A stretch of DNA of 64,000 bases from Nitrospirales bacterium (lineage in GTDB: Bacteria > Nitrospirota > Nitrospiria > Nitrospirales > UBA8639), in contig JBBDSY010000092.1 of the NCBI GenBank assembly GCA_040904705.1, positions 18,684 through 82,683 of the forward strand, given 5' to 3'. This document shows, one piece after another, positions 11,851 through 21,240 of this stretch (positions are counted from its first letter, which is position 1; each line of letters opens with the position of its first letter). The notes beneath the pieces were generated by a model. It was not told where the DNA came from. It was given only the letters and a program-made list of their open reading frames with translations, and ran no database searches. Both the position numbers and the translations under genes were made by a program.

Positions 11851-12870
11851 ATGAATCTCTCCGATTTTCATTTTCCGTTTGATCCTGCCCTGGTCGCGAA
11901 ACACCCTATTCATCCCAGAGACCATGCGCGCCTGTTAGTGCTAAACCGGCATCAAAAGCAAATCGTGGATCGTCAGGTCAAGGACCTCCCGGAAATTCTT
12001 CAACCTGGAGATGTGTTGGTGGTGAATGATACGAAAGTCATTCCGGCCCGTCTGGTGGGAAAGAAGGTCCCAAGCGGTGGGCACATTGAAATGTTGTTCG
12101 TCAAAACCATCGATTCCACCCATGCTGAAGTCCTCATGAATGGCCGGGCAAGGATCGGGCAACGCGTCGAATTTCAAGGCAGGGGACAGGCGCAGATAGT
12201 GGAAAAACAACCTGGACGAACGGTGATTGCTTGGCTGGGACCAGATTCCCTGCACGCGCATTTGCGGCAATATGGGGCGCTGCCCTTACCCCCATATCTC
12301 AAACGGGAACCAGTTGTTGGTGACAACGAAGATTATCAAACCATGTTTGCCAATGTTGAAGGCGCGGTGGCGTCTCCGACAGCCAGTCTGCATTTTACGC
12401 CATCCCTCATACAGGCCCTCTCAGATAAAGGGATCGGTTGTGTCACGATTACGTTGCATGTCGGTCCTGGGACATTTCAGCCCGTGAAGACGGAGCTGGT
12501 CGAGGAACACACGATGCATGCCGAGTGGTTCCAAGTCTCAGAGCATGTCGTGAAGCAGATTCAGGAGGTTCGCCAACGGGGAGGACGGGTCGTGGCCGTG
12601 GGAACGACGGTGGCCCGTAGCTTGGAGTCAGCCGCTAATGCAGAGAGAGAGCTCAAGGCCCGGTCTGGGGAGACCCAACTGTTTATTTTTCCGGGGTATC
12701 GCTTCAAGGTGGTCGATGTGCTGATGACCAATTTTCATTTTCCGGAGACCACCCTGCTGATGTTGGTGTCGGCGTTCGCGGGAGTGGAAACCACCCGTCA
12801 AGCCTATGCCCATGCCTTGCGGGAACGGTATCGGTTGTACAGTTACGGCGACGCGATGCTGATTCAGTAA
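11851..12870 (+). CDS. queA: tRNA preQ1 S-adenosylmethionine ribosyltransferase-isomerase
   Basis: NDTKVIPARL, PLPPY, TLHVGPGTF, TNFH, YSYGDAM. Confidence 0.97.
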   Translation: MNLSDFHFPFDPALVAKHPIHPRDHARLLVLNRHQKQIVDRQVKDLPEILQPGDVLVVNDTKVIPARLVGKKVPSGGHIEMLFVKTIDSTHAEVLMNGRARIGQRVEFQGRGQAQIVEKQPGRTVIAWLGPDSLHAHLRQYGALPLPPYLKREPVVGDNEDYQTMFANVEGAVASPTASLHFTPSLIQALSDKGIGCVTITLHVGPGTFQPVKTELVEEHTMHAEWFQVSEHVVKQIQEVRQRGGRVVAVGTTVARSLESAANAERELKARSGETQLFIFPGYRFKVVDVLMTNFHFPETTLLMLVSAFAGVETTRQAYAHALRERYRLYSYGDAMLIQ

Positions 12871-12995
12871 AAAGTGAGAAGGGAAAAGGACAATGAAAGA
12901 TATGGGTAGAGACAAACAATATCGAATGCTGTCAAAAAAGGAATGGGATTTTTTCTAAAGCTCCTTACTCCTAACTATTCACTCCTTACTAATTT

Positions 12996-13688
12996 CTACA
13001 GCAGTTCCTGGTGAATAGTCGTATCGCTACGGGCGCGTAAGGCAGCCTGAGCGGCTTGCATCGCGCGCTGTTTCTTTTGAATGACGAATTGCATTTTAAT
13101 TTGTTCGAACATGTTCATGTCAGGTTCGGCGCCTTCCAAGGATTGACGGGCATGGAGGTCCTTCACTTCTTGGAGTTCGGCAGGGGTGAGGGCCGTGGCT
13201 TCAGACACAAGGAGTCTGGCTTTTTCAATCAGCAATTCAGTGCGGCGTTGTTTTTCATATTCATTCGGTTTCATGCGGTTCGCAGCTAACAGTCGTTGAT
13301 AATAGACAGGATCGAACACGCCATCCTTTTGAAAATCTTTTTGATTCACGATGGCATCATGAAGCTCGAGTTCAGAGACCGAGAGTCCAAATTCGTCGGC
13401 GAGCACTAGCCATAATTTGTTGGTGATCAAGCTCTCGATGGCGAGTTGCTGGAGCGTTTCATCTTTAACCTCTTCTTGTTTGAGTTGCTCGCGATAGAAT
13501 TGGTAAAAGCGTTGTTTAGCCCGAAGATATTCCTGTTTGGTCACCGTGTAGGGTCCGACTGTGGCAATGGCATTGGGTTGCGAAGCTTCATATCCATACC
13601 AGCCCATGCCAATGACGAAAGTGACGGCAATGATCAAAATAACTGCCTTGATTACCCACGGAGAACCTTCTCGAATAAGCCGAATCAT
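12996..13688 (-). CDS. SurA N-terminal domain protein (PpiD-like periplasmic chaperone lacking a PPIase domain)
   Basis: N-terminal TM helix, FQKDGVFD...Y..LL motif of PpiD/SurA_N. Confidence 0.75.
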   Translation of the reverse strand: MIRLIREGSPWVIKAVILIIAVTFVIGMGWYGYEASQPNAIATVGPYTVTKQEYLRAKQRFYQFYREQLKQEEVKDETLQQLAIESLITNKLWLVLADEFGLSVSELELHDAIVNQKDFQKDGVFDPVYYQRLLAANRMKPNEYEKQRRTELLIEKARLLVSEATALTPAELQEVKDLHARQSLEGAEPDMNMFEQIKMQFVIQKKQRAMQAAQAALRARSDTTIHQELL

Positions 13689-13872
13689 GCCATAGTCTCC
13701 TTACTGATTAGTATATGAGGATCAGCAAATTTTAAGCGGAGGATTCTGGAAAGGCAAGCAAAAGTCTTGGGTGAGGTCTTATTGACAACCGACAGGGAGC
13801 CGGGTCACGGCAGACTCCGATGGGTCACGAGAAGGATGTCGAATGAATAACCAAGAAAGGTCGTGAAACACG

Positions 13873-15288
13873 ATGAAGAATGTACGGGTACGGTTTGCCC
13901 CGAGTCCTACAGGATTTCTCCATATTGGCGGCGTGCGAACGGCCTTGTTTAATTGGCTCTTTGCGCGGCATTCCGGGGGAACCTTTATTCTCCGCATCGA
14001 AGATACTGATCGGGATCGGTCAACCGATGAGGCGATTCAGGTCATCATGGACGGCATGAAGTGGACCGGTTTGGACTGGGATGAGGGACCAATTCGGCAA
14101 ACGGATCGCTTGGAATTGTATCGGGAAAAGGCCATGGATTTATTCCATCGAAAGCTCGCCTATTGGTGCGTCTGTACTCCCGAGGAATTAGAAAGCCGAA
14201 GAAAAGACGCACAGGCCAGAGGTGAATCCATTAAATATGATGGGCGATGCCGGGAGCGTGGGATTTCTGAGCCCACCGAACTAGCGGCCTTGCGATTTAT
14301 TGCCCCGCAGGAAGGGCAAACAGTCGTCCATGATCTCATTAAAGGCGACATTGTCTTCGACAATACCGTCTTAGATGATCTGATTATTCTGCGGTCAAAC
14401 GGCTATGCCACCTATAATTTCTCGGTGGTGGTGGATGATGGCCTGATGAACATTTCGCACGTCATTCGTGGAGATGATCATGTCAACAATACTCCACGAC
14501 AAGTCCCACTTTTTGAGGCTTTGGGGTTTTCGGTGCCCCAATTTGCGCATCTCCCGATGATTTTAGGGTCGGATAAAGGGCGACTGTCCAAACGGCATGG
14601 GGCGACGTCTGTTTTGGCGTATCAGGAAATGGGGTATTTGCCGGAAGCGCTCGTGAATTATCTGGTGCGCTTAGGCTGGTCGCACGGAGATCAAGAAATT
14701 TTTTCCATCCAGGAAATGGTGGAGCATTTTGATTTCAAACATGTACAATCGTCGGCCGCTGTCTTTAATCCGGAAAAACTCAAATGGGTCAATGCGCAAT
14801 ATATTCGGAACGGTGAGCCCAAGCAGGTGGCAGAGGCGCTCACGCCGTTTTTACAAAAAGCCGGGTATGATGAGGCTGCGATAACCAGAATTCCCGGAGG
14901 GGTCGAAGCCTTAATTCCTCCGTTGCGGGAACGATCCGAAACCCTCCTAGATATTGTGGATGGCGCGATTCCCTATCTGGTGGCATCCCTGACGATGGAT
15001 GAAGCCGCCGCCACCAAGCATCTTCTTCCGTCGATTGCGCCGATCTTACAAGAATTTGCCGACGTAGTTCAGGCGGAATCGGATTTTTCTAAGGAAAGGC
15101 TGGAGGTGAGTATGCACGATCTGATCGAGCGGCACGGATTGAAGATGGGAAAAGTGGCGCAACCTCTTCGTGTTGCCCTCACAGGGCGAACTGTCAGTCC
15201 CGGCATTTACGAAGTCATGGCGCTGTTGGGAAAAGACCGGACCATCCAGCGCATTCGTGCCGGCGTTGAACGCGCATTGAATAAATAA
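13873..15288 (+). CDS. gltX: Glutamate--tRNA ligase
   Basis: RFAPSPTG, HIGG, LRIEDTD, RLSKRHG; adjacent to tRNA-Gln. Confidence 0.98.
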   Translation: MKNVRVRFAPSPTGFLHIGGVRTALFNWLFARHSGGTFILRIEDTDRDRSTDEAIQVIMDGMKWTGLDWDEGPIRQTDRLELYREKAMDLFHRKLAYWCVCTPEELESRRKDAQARGESIKYDGRCRERGISEPTELAALRFIAPQEGQTVVHDLIKGDIVFDNTVLDDLIILRSNGYATYNFSVVVDDGLMNISHVIRGDDHVNNTPRQVPLFEALGFSVPQFAHLPMILGSDKGRLSKRHGATSVLAYQEMGYLPEALVNYLVRLGWSHGDQEIFSIQEMVEHFDFKHVQSSAAVFNPEKLKWVNAQYIRNGEPKQVAEALTPFLQKAGYDEAAITRIPGGVEALIPPLRERSETLLDIVDGAIPYLVASLTMDEAAATKHLLPSIAPILQEFADVVQAESDFSKERLEVSMHDLIERHGLKMGKVAQPLRVALTGRTVSPGIYEVMALLGKDRTIQRIRAGVERALNK

Positions 15289-15372
15289 GACCTTGAAACC
15301 TCTTCTTGGCCTGTTGAATATTTTACTCCGATTGTCCATACATCCCCCCGTAGTGAGATCCATGCCAGGGGA

Positions 15373-15488
15373 GGGAATGGTCAAAAAAGTTCGTCCAGCA
15401 AGGCCGCAGCGGCGCGCGGAGCGTACTGGCAATACGTGAGCACGGCAAAATGGTGAGAACGCAGCTGGCGGCTTTTTTCAACATTCCC
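15373..15488 (+). repeat. Short dispersed MITE-like repeat with terminal inverted repeats (copy 1)
   Basis: GGGAATGGTCAAAAAAG...CTTTTTTCAACATTCCC; a reverse-complement homologue lies at 59192-59312. Confidence 0.8.
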
Positions 15489-15497
15489 TTCTTTATC

Positions 15498-15526
15498 TTG
15501 ACTGCATGTCAGTCCTGAATTAAGCT
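15498..15526 (+). promoter_or_regulatory. sigma70 promoter of tRNA-Gln
   Basis: TTGACT, 17 nt, TAAGCT, ending 10 nt before the tRNA. Confidence 0.65.
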
Positions 15527-15536
15527 CATCCTACGT

Positions 15537-15610
15537 TGGGGGATCGTCTAATGGTAGGACGTCAGATTCTGGTTCTGATTGTGAGGGTTCAACTCCTTCT
15601 CCCCCAGCCA
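15537..15610 (+). tRNA. tRNA-Gln (anticodon CTG)
   Basis: Cloverleaf with acceptor TGGGGGA/TCCCCCA, anticodon arm TCAGA-TTCTGGT-TCTGA, T-arm GAGGG-TTCAACT-CCTTC and encoded CCA. Confidence 0.97.
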
Positions 15611-15875
15611 ACTCTCTTCTCTTTCTAAATCAATGAGTTCGGTGTTTTCTTTCTGTTCTCCTTGATTGCCCTCTAGTGGTCTACTCCCAGTTTTACTCCC
15701 AGTTCCAGTCAGACTTCCTCGGTTAATGGCGTCTTGAAGAAAGCCAGGGGAGAGATGGCTATATCGCATCGTTGTCGTAATGTCGCGATGCCCCAGTATT
15801 TCTTTCACGGTGAACAGGTCGACTCCGGCCATGATTCGGCGACTGGCTGCTGTGTGGCGCAGGGTATGCCAGCAG
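15548..15875 (-). pseudogene. Tyrosine integrase, C-terminal remnant
   Basis: In-frame WHTLRHTAASRRIMAGVDLFTVKEILGHRDITTTMRYSH (HxLRH, LGH, catalytic Tyr); no N-terminal part upstream. Confidence 0.88.
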
Positions 15876-16534
15876 GCGGACCGTGACCACCAACGCCAAA
15901 AATGTGCGGCTTCCAGACCTTTTATACTATTCGGTGATAGATCATGTTCTCGAAAGACAGACTGACTCGGAAAAGGCTTAAGAATGTCTTACCTAGACTT
16001 CTACCCTTACCAGCACTCTTACCCATACCCGAATCTGTACCCATACCACTACCACCTAAGGCATCTAGAGAAAACAAAATGGGAAAGGCGTTTCCTCAAT
16101 GAGTTGGCAAAACAAAAGAGAGGAACTTTCAGAAGAAAAGGTGCCTCAAGAAATTGTGACCCATTATGGCGGGTCACAAACCCCTCACTGGTGTTGAGGG
16201 GCACAACCGCCTGGACAACACACACCACTCCCGGCTCAGTCGCGTACGATTGGGTCGGGGGCCAGGCATCACACATATCCTCGCACATTATCGTGCGTTT
16301 CAGATGTGCCCCCAAATCGAGGATAGCCCAGACCAATCAATTTTTTTGCAGCCTAATCTTTTTCTCGTGAAAGATCTTGTAATCGCTACTTTTCTCCACT
16401 TAAAAATACGAATAAAGCTAGGGTCTGGCACAAAAAAATGCCAATACTACGTAGCCACCCCCCAAATAATGGGGCAGAAACCGTCAAAATGCACTATAAT
16501 TGGCGGTTGATGATTTGTTAACTTAAAGGTTAAC

Positions 16535-16891
16535 ATGTATACAACCGAAGAATTCTATACAGGCACTTCATTCACCCTTTTCGTTGTCGTTGAAGATGGT
16601 GAATGCGCTCTAAAAACCTTTCTAGACGGTTTGCCCGATGAGGAAAGGAAGAAATGCTTTCATAAAATTACTGTCCTTAGCAACCAATTGTTTATTCATA
16701 ACCAGCAGGTCTACCGCAAAGAGACCGAAAATATTTATGCACTAAAAACCCATGACAGTAGAATCTGTTGCTTTGGCGTAGGCCAGGGGAAAAAAATTCT
16801 TACGCATGGATTTAAAAAAGAAGGAAAGAGGAAAGAGGAAAGAAGAGAATATGAGAAGGCAGAAACAATTCGTACTGAATTGGGATTTTAA
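16535..16891 (+). CDS. RelE/HigB-like toxin
   Basis: 118 aa; IYALK...SRICCF...ILTHGFKK...EKAETIR pattern of Gp49/HigB-like RNases; upstream of an HTH gene. Confidence 0.8.
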   Translation: MYTTEEFYTGTSFTLFVVVEDGECALKTFLDGLPDEERKKCFHKITVLSNQLFIHNQQVYRKETENIYALKTHDSRICCFGVGQGKKILTHGFKKEGKRKEERREYEKAETIRTELGF

Positions 16892-16929
16892 TAGCATTAA
16901 TAAAACCACTTAATAACGAGGTCAAGCCT

Positions 16930-17376
16930 ATGTATACCCACAAACAATGGTTTCTGGAAAACCTCGAGAGCATTCAGGATTCATTCGAATTTCGCCTTGA
17001 AAGCCATCTATTTGAAATTGGAGAGGCTATTGCACGGTTTATGAAAGAACAAAATCTTAATCGAGCTCAAATGGCAGAGCGGTTAGGCGTATCTCGTGCT
17101 CGTGTTACGAACATACTAAATGGCAATCCCAATTTAACAGTTAAGACTCTTTTGAAAATGTCAGACGTGCTAGGTAAAGAGCTCGAAATAAATTTTAAGA
17201 CAAAACTGACATATCACGATCAGCAAAGCGCCACCTTTCCTAGCATCTACTTATATTCTGGTGAGGATATTGCTGAACAAGAAAAGAATCCTTCTCATTA
17301 TGCGTATCAATATGAAATTAAAGGCAACCCGACTATTTCAGGGAATACAACAAATGATAGCAGCCTTGCAGCTTAA
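16930..17376 (+). CDS. HigA-like Xre HTH antitoxin with C-terminal extension (putative ChAD)
   Basis: LNRAQMAERLGVSRARVTNILNGNPNLTVKTL HTH followed by an aromatic/polar tail of about 55 aa. Confidence 0.82.
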   Translation: MYTHKQWFLENLESIQDSFEFRLESHLFEIGEAIARFMKEQNLNRAQMAERLGVSRARVTNILNGNPNLTVKTLLKMSDVLGKELEINFKTKLTYHDQQSATFPSIYLYSGEDIAEQEKNPSHYAYQYEIKGNPTISGNTTNDSSLAA

Positions 17377-17869
17377 CAACTTTTTTACAGAATCCTTTTC
17401 CATAGGAACCAACTCTTATTATGTCCCAGGAGTGACAGAAGACCGCGTGGCCGGAAAAATTAACAGTTCCCTCGAAATTGCGATTCCAGAGAAGGAAGGA
17501 AAATATCCATATCGGGTGTCTCTAACAGTTTCCATCGAGCCTGCACAAGAAAAGCCCGCCCTCGACCCGTATGCCATAAAATTCAAAATTATTGGGTTTT
17601 TTACCCTAAGCGGCAACCCATCAAGTGACCAGAAAGAACGAATGTTAAATTTGAATGGAGGGGCAATGCTATATGGAATATTAAGAGGATTTGTGGCGCA
17701 AACAACGGGTAGTGCCACTTTTGGGAAATACATTTTGCCAGCAATCAATTTTGTAGATATATATGAAAAGAATGCCCACCAACGTGCGTTAGAAAATGAG
17801 CCGGAGTTGAAGAAAAAATCTTCAACAAGAAAACGTAGAAGTCCGAATAAAAGACGAGTCAAATCTTAG
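17354..17869 (+). CDS. SecB-like chaperone
   Basis: Start ATG 17354 overlaps the antitoxin end; IIGFF...NGGAMLYGILRGFVAQTT...ILPAINF matches the SecB family pattern. Confidence 0.8.
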   Translation: MIAALQLNNFFTESFSIGTNSYYVPGVTEDRVAGKINSSLEIAIPEKEGKYPYRVSLTVSIEPAQEKPALDPYAIKFKIIGFFTLSGNPSSDQKERMLNLNGGAMLYGILRGFVAQTTGSATFGKYILPAINFVDIYEKNAHQRALENEPELKKKSSTRKRRSPNKRRVKS

Positions 17870-18382
17870 ACGTGCAAGATTTAATCCCCCCTTAGTCAAA
17901 ATCGTGCATGAGAGTTGGGACGTGTACCGCGTCGGTCGTAGATTCGGGGAGAAAGTGTATCCCCAAGATCTGGGATCAACCTAGTTCTGATCTGATTCTT
18001 TGCCCCAAGAAGACGCTCTTCCCTTTTTGTCTTCTCACCAATCCAAGTGACCACCTTATTCTTCTTTGAAATCATCATTTAATTGATATTCTGCATGCCC
18101 ACCATGTTGCAACAGGTTGTCTCCAGGGTCTTAAGCAATCTCACTCTTTGACATAACTCCTTTTTTAGGCTAACCATTTCCGTGATAGGGTGATATTTAC
18201 TTTAAATATCAACATGTTATTCACGATTATGGTGCAAGTGTTTAGGAAATTGACCGGCAGGACCAATATGGGAACAATTTTCTCAGATTTCACTTTCTCC
18301 CACCGCACCTTTTGTATTCCACTTGTTATTTTATTTAGGTAGTCTAGGCTTATTCTTATGTGCCGTAAAGGATAGAACCAGA

Positions 18383-19615
18383 ATGAAAAAACTAACCCTG
18401 TGGGTAATTTTCATTTGTTTTCTTTCATCCTGTAATTCGCATCGTTTTACCGTACCTGAAAACCCAGCAGAACGATCTATTTATCAGAGCAGGCAACCAG
18501 GATCTAAAGAATCAAATCCCAACGAAACTGAAAAGGCAACCGAGCCAATAAAATTTAAAGATCGAGCTGACGCCATTGATAAGTTTCTGACCAATAGAGA
18601 ATTAGCTTCGATTGAGGGAGTATGGGTAACAGAAGACAGTGAATACGAAGTTGCTATCATAAAGAATGTAATTATAAAGAATAAAAGAGAGTACCAGTCA
18701 GGGCGTGATTTCGTGGGTGTTATTACCCATTCTCAGGGTTTTACTTGGGTCCCTGGACAAATCAAGCTGTTTCTCAACGAGACAGCAACACCTAAAATCT
18801 ATAGCGGAAATTGGTTTGGCGCGGATCATCGAGCACGCGGGGCACTTTTTTTATTTTCCTCGAATAATATTATTGAATTTTCCCTAGGAAGGCGAAAACA
18901 TTTGCTGGTTCGTACTTATCCAAAGGAATTGCCATCGCAACCTACCGGCAACAAGCAGACAAGTTCTGGTACAGGGTTTTTTGTTACCCCAGACCTTGTC
19001 GCTACCAATTTTCATGTGGTCCAAGAGGCCAATCAGATTTCTCTTTCAGTCGAGGGAGTCCAAATTCAAGCGGATGTTTTCCTAAAGGACGCTCAAAATG
19101 ATCTAGCTCTCCTTCGCCTCAATCCATCTGAACAATCACCTGTAAAAGAATCTCCAAAAGGTGTGAAATGTTTATCCTTGGGTGACTCAGAAAATGCCAG
19201 AACTGGTGATGCCGTGCTCACCGTAGGATTTCCACTCTCAGGGCTGTTGGCTTCCACACCAAGTGTAGGACAAGGAGTCATTAGCAATACTTTTGGAATG
19301 GCCAATGATCCTCGGATGTTTCAAATCAGTATTCCTATCCAACCTGGAAACAGTGGGAGTCCTTTACTTGATGAATATGGTCGGGTAATAGGTGTGGTCA
19401 CTTCAACCCTAAATAGCCAGGAAATGTTCAAGACTACGGGTAGCATTCCACAAAACGTGAATTTTGCAATTAAAAGTTCTTATCTAAAAAGTATTTTCTC
19501 AATGGTTCCCTCAGGTGACTGTTCAAATTCTTTGGCACCACAGCAACAGTTAACCGCCAGGGAAATACTGGACCACTATTCTAAGAATGTCGTGCCAATT
19601 TCTGTTTCTCGATAA
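18383..19615 (+). CDS. Lipoprotein with C-terminal trypsin-like serine protease domain
   Basis: Lipobox LSSC; SGTGFF, TNFHVV, NDLALL, GNSGSP catalytic triad motifs. Confidence 0.88.
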   Translation: MKKLTLWVIFICFLSSCNSHRFTVPENPAERSIYQSRQPGSKESNPNETEKATEPIKFKDRADAIDKFLTNRELASIEGVWVTEDSEYEVAIIKNVIIKNKREYQSGRDFVGVITHSQGFTWVPGQIKLFLNETATPKIYSGNWFGADHRARGALFLFSSNNIIEFSLGRRKHLLVRTYPKELPSQPTGNKQTSSGTGFFVTPDLVATNFHVVQEANQISLSVEGVQIQADVFLKDAQNDLALLRLNPSEQSPVKESPKGVKCLSLGDSENARTGDAVLTVGFPLSGLLASTPSVGQGVISNTFGMANDPRMFQISIPIQPGNSGSPLLDEYGRVIGVVTSTLNSQEMFKTTGSIPQNVNFAIKSSYLKSIFSMVPSGDCSNSLAPQQQLTAREILDHYSKNVVPISVSR

Positions 19616-20234
19616 TAGTGGTTTCTTTGGAATCATCAAGATGCCTTGCGCGAGTTTTCCGCCTACTAGGCTTTTGTTTGGAAAAGCTTTCGTGAAGGAG
19701 GCACCCGTTAGCGAGGTAAGAAAATCCCCCCTAGCCTCTTCGGATCTGAAATCTAGAAAGGGGACCCATTAGAATTTATGTGTCTTGGTTTTAGTCACGA
19801 TCAAGCACCTGCGTATCTGGCGAGGTTCATCTAACGAGAAGTGGCGGCTCCCATTGTGCATGAGAGTTGGGACGTGCGCCGCATCGGTCGTGAAATCGAT
19901 GAGAAGCCGCATCATAAAGGGGTGGGAACCACATAGTTCGCTCTAATTCCCTACGCTCAAAAGACCCTCTTCCCTTTTTGTCTTCTCGCCCATCCAAATG
20001 ACCACCTCTTTCCCTATTTAAACCAACAGGTTGAAGTGCTGGCATTGGTACAACTGTTTGTAGTGGGCGTATTGAAAGGTAGCACTATTTCACATAATTC
20101 TATTAGCCGAGCACTCCTATTTTTCATGTGAAATGCTCGTTCAATACCAAAGGCTTATTCACGATTTGGTGCGCACATAACTGTAGGCAAAACACAGTCA
20201 TTTCTTTTTTTAATTCCCTATAACACATCCTACT

Positions 20235-21044
20235 CTATGGCTTAATCATGGCACATTTCCCAACCTCCATATGCTGGCTGTCTTTGTAATCATTTTCGGG
20301 TTTATCCCTCAAATTGGTGTGGATTCGGGCATAATGGTACCAACCATTTGGCTTGATGAACATATTCCAGTCGTAGAGGTCACAGGAAATCCTAACAACC
20401 CACGGTGTTTTGGCCTCATCATCTAAAATAAGAGCGTCATTCGCATAGCTTTCCTCACAATATCTCGACTGGTATTCATAATACGGCTTGCCAAAGGGCC
20501 TCTGATTTAAACACACATGTCGAGAATAATACGCAATTTTACCAGTTTCAGTTTGTGAAATATCCTCTGTTAACTTAGGGCCTTTGCAATTATTGTCTTT
20601 AGACGTAATAACCAATCGGTCTTCATTGTGATAATTCGCCGACACCCACCCTCCATTTTCCCAGCTTACACCAACATTCAGTTCGCTTTTACAGAGGAGA
20701 GTGTATTCTTCCGGTAATAGTGGCGGGATTTGAGCTATGCGCTCTTTAAGCCTTTGCAACAATGCTTCCTGGTCTGGCGTCATTAAGCCCCCCTGCTCAG
20801 CCAACTCGTCAGCCTTCATCACGAACGCTTTCCATATTTGTATTCTCTGTATGAATGGCCTAGGGTCGGTATCCCAGCGTCGATCAAATTCAGCAATAGC
20901 TGCTAGTTGTTCCTCCGTCAATTCCTCGATGGCTTGCCTCTGTTTCTCCTCCACTTCAGCCATAGCAAGTGCTGAGCCTGCAAGGAGGAAAGTCCACAGG
21001 AGAATAATATAAATTGTCGTGGGCCGCATTCTTACCATTTCCAA
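20235..21044 (-). CDS. Hypothetical exported Cys-containing protein
   Basis: 269-aa ORF with signal peptide-like N-terminus; no recognised family. Confidence 0.6.
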   Translation of the reverse strand: MEMVRMRPTTIYIILLWTFLLAGSALAMAEVEEKQRQAIEELTEEQLAAIAEFDRRWDTDPRPFIQRIQIWKAFVMKADELAEQGGLMTPDQEALLQRLKERIAQIPPLLPEEYTLLCKSELNVGVSWENGGWVSANYHNEDRLVITSKDNNCKGPKLTEDISQTETGKIAYYSRHVCLNQRPFGKPYYEYQSRYCEESYANDALILDDEAKTPWVVRISCDLYDWNMFIKPNGWYHYARIHTNLRDKPENDYKDSQHMEVGKCAMIKP

Positions 21045-21240
21045 TACTCAATACGAATGAATGTCATCTGATTCCTACATAATATGGGAAACCACGGAAA
21101 AATAACACCATAAAGAATTCAATAAGGAACCTGACATCTTACAGGGTCTGGTTCTTGTGCCTGAATACCTTCCCTCAGTGACCATTTCCTTTATTCACCC
21201 GTTTTTGTATGGTGGGATTTTCCCAAGCCTGAGCAAAAGT

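Noticed and set aside
15984-16370. Tyr/Pro/His-rich ORF with TACCCN-like hexamers and a hairpin at 16154-16179
   Set aside because: Low-complexity sequence with no recognisable family; no convincing nic site to call an oriT.
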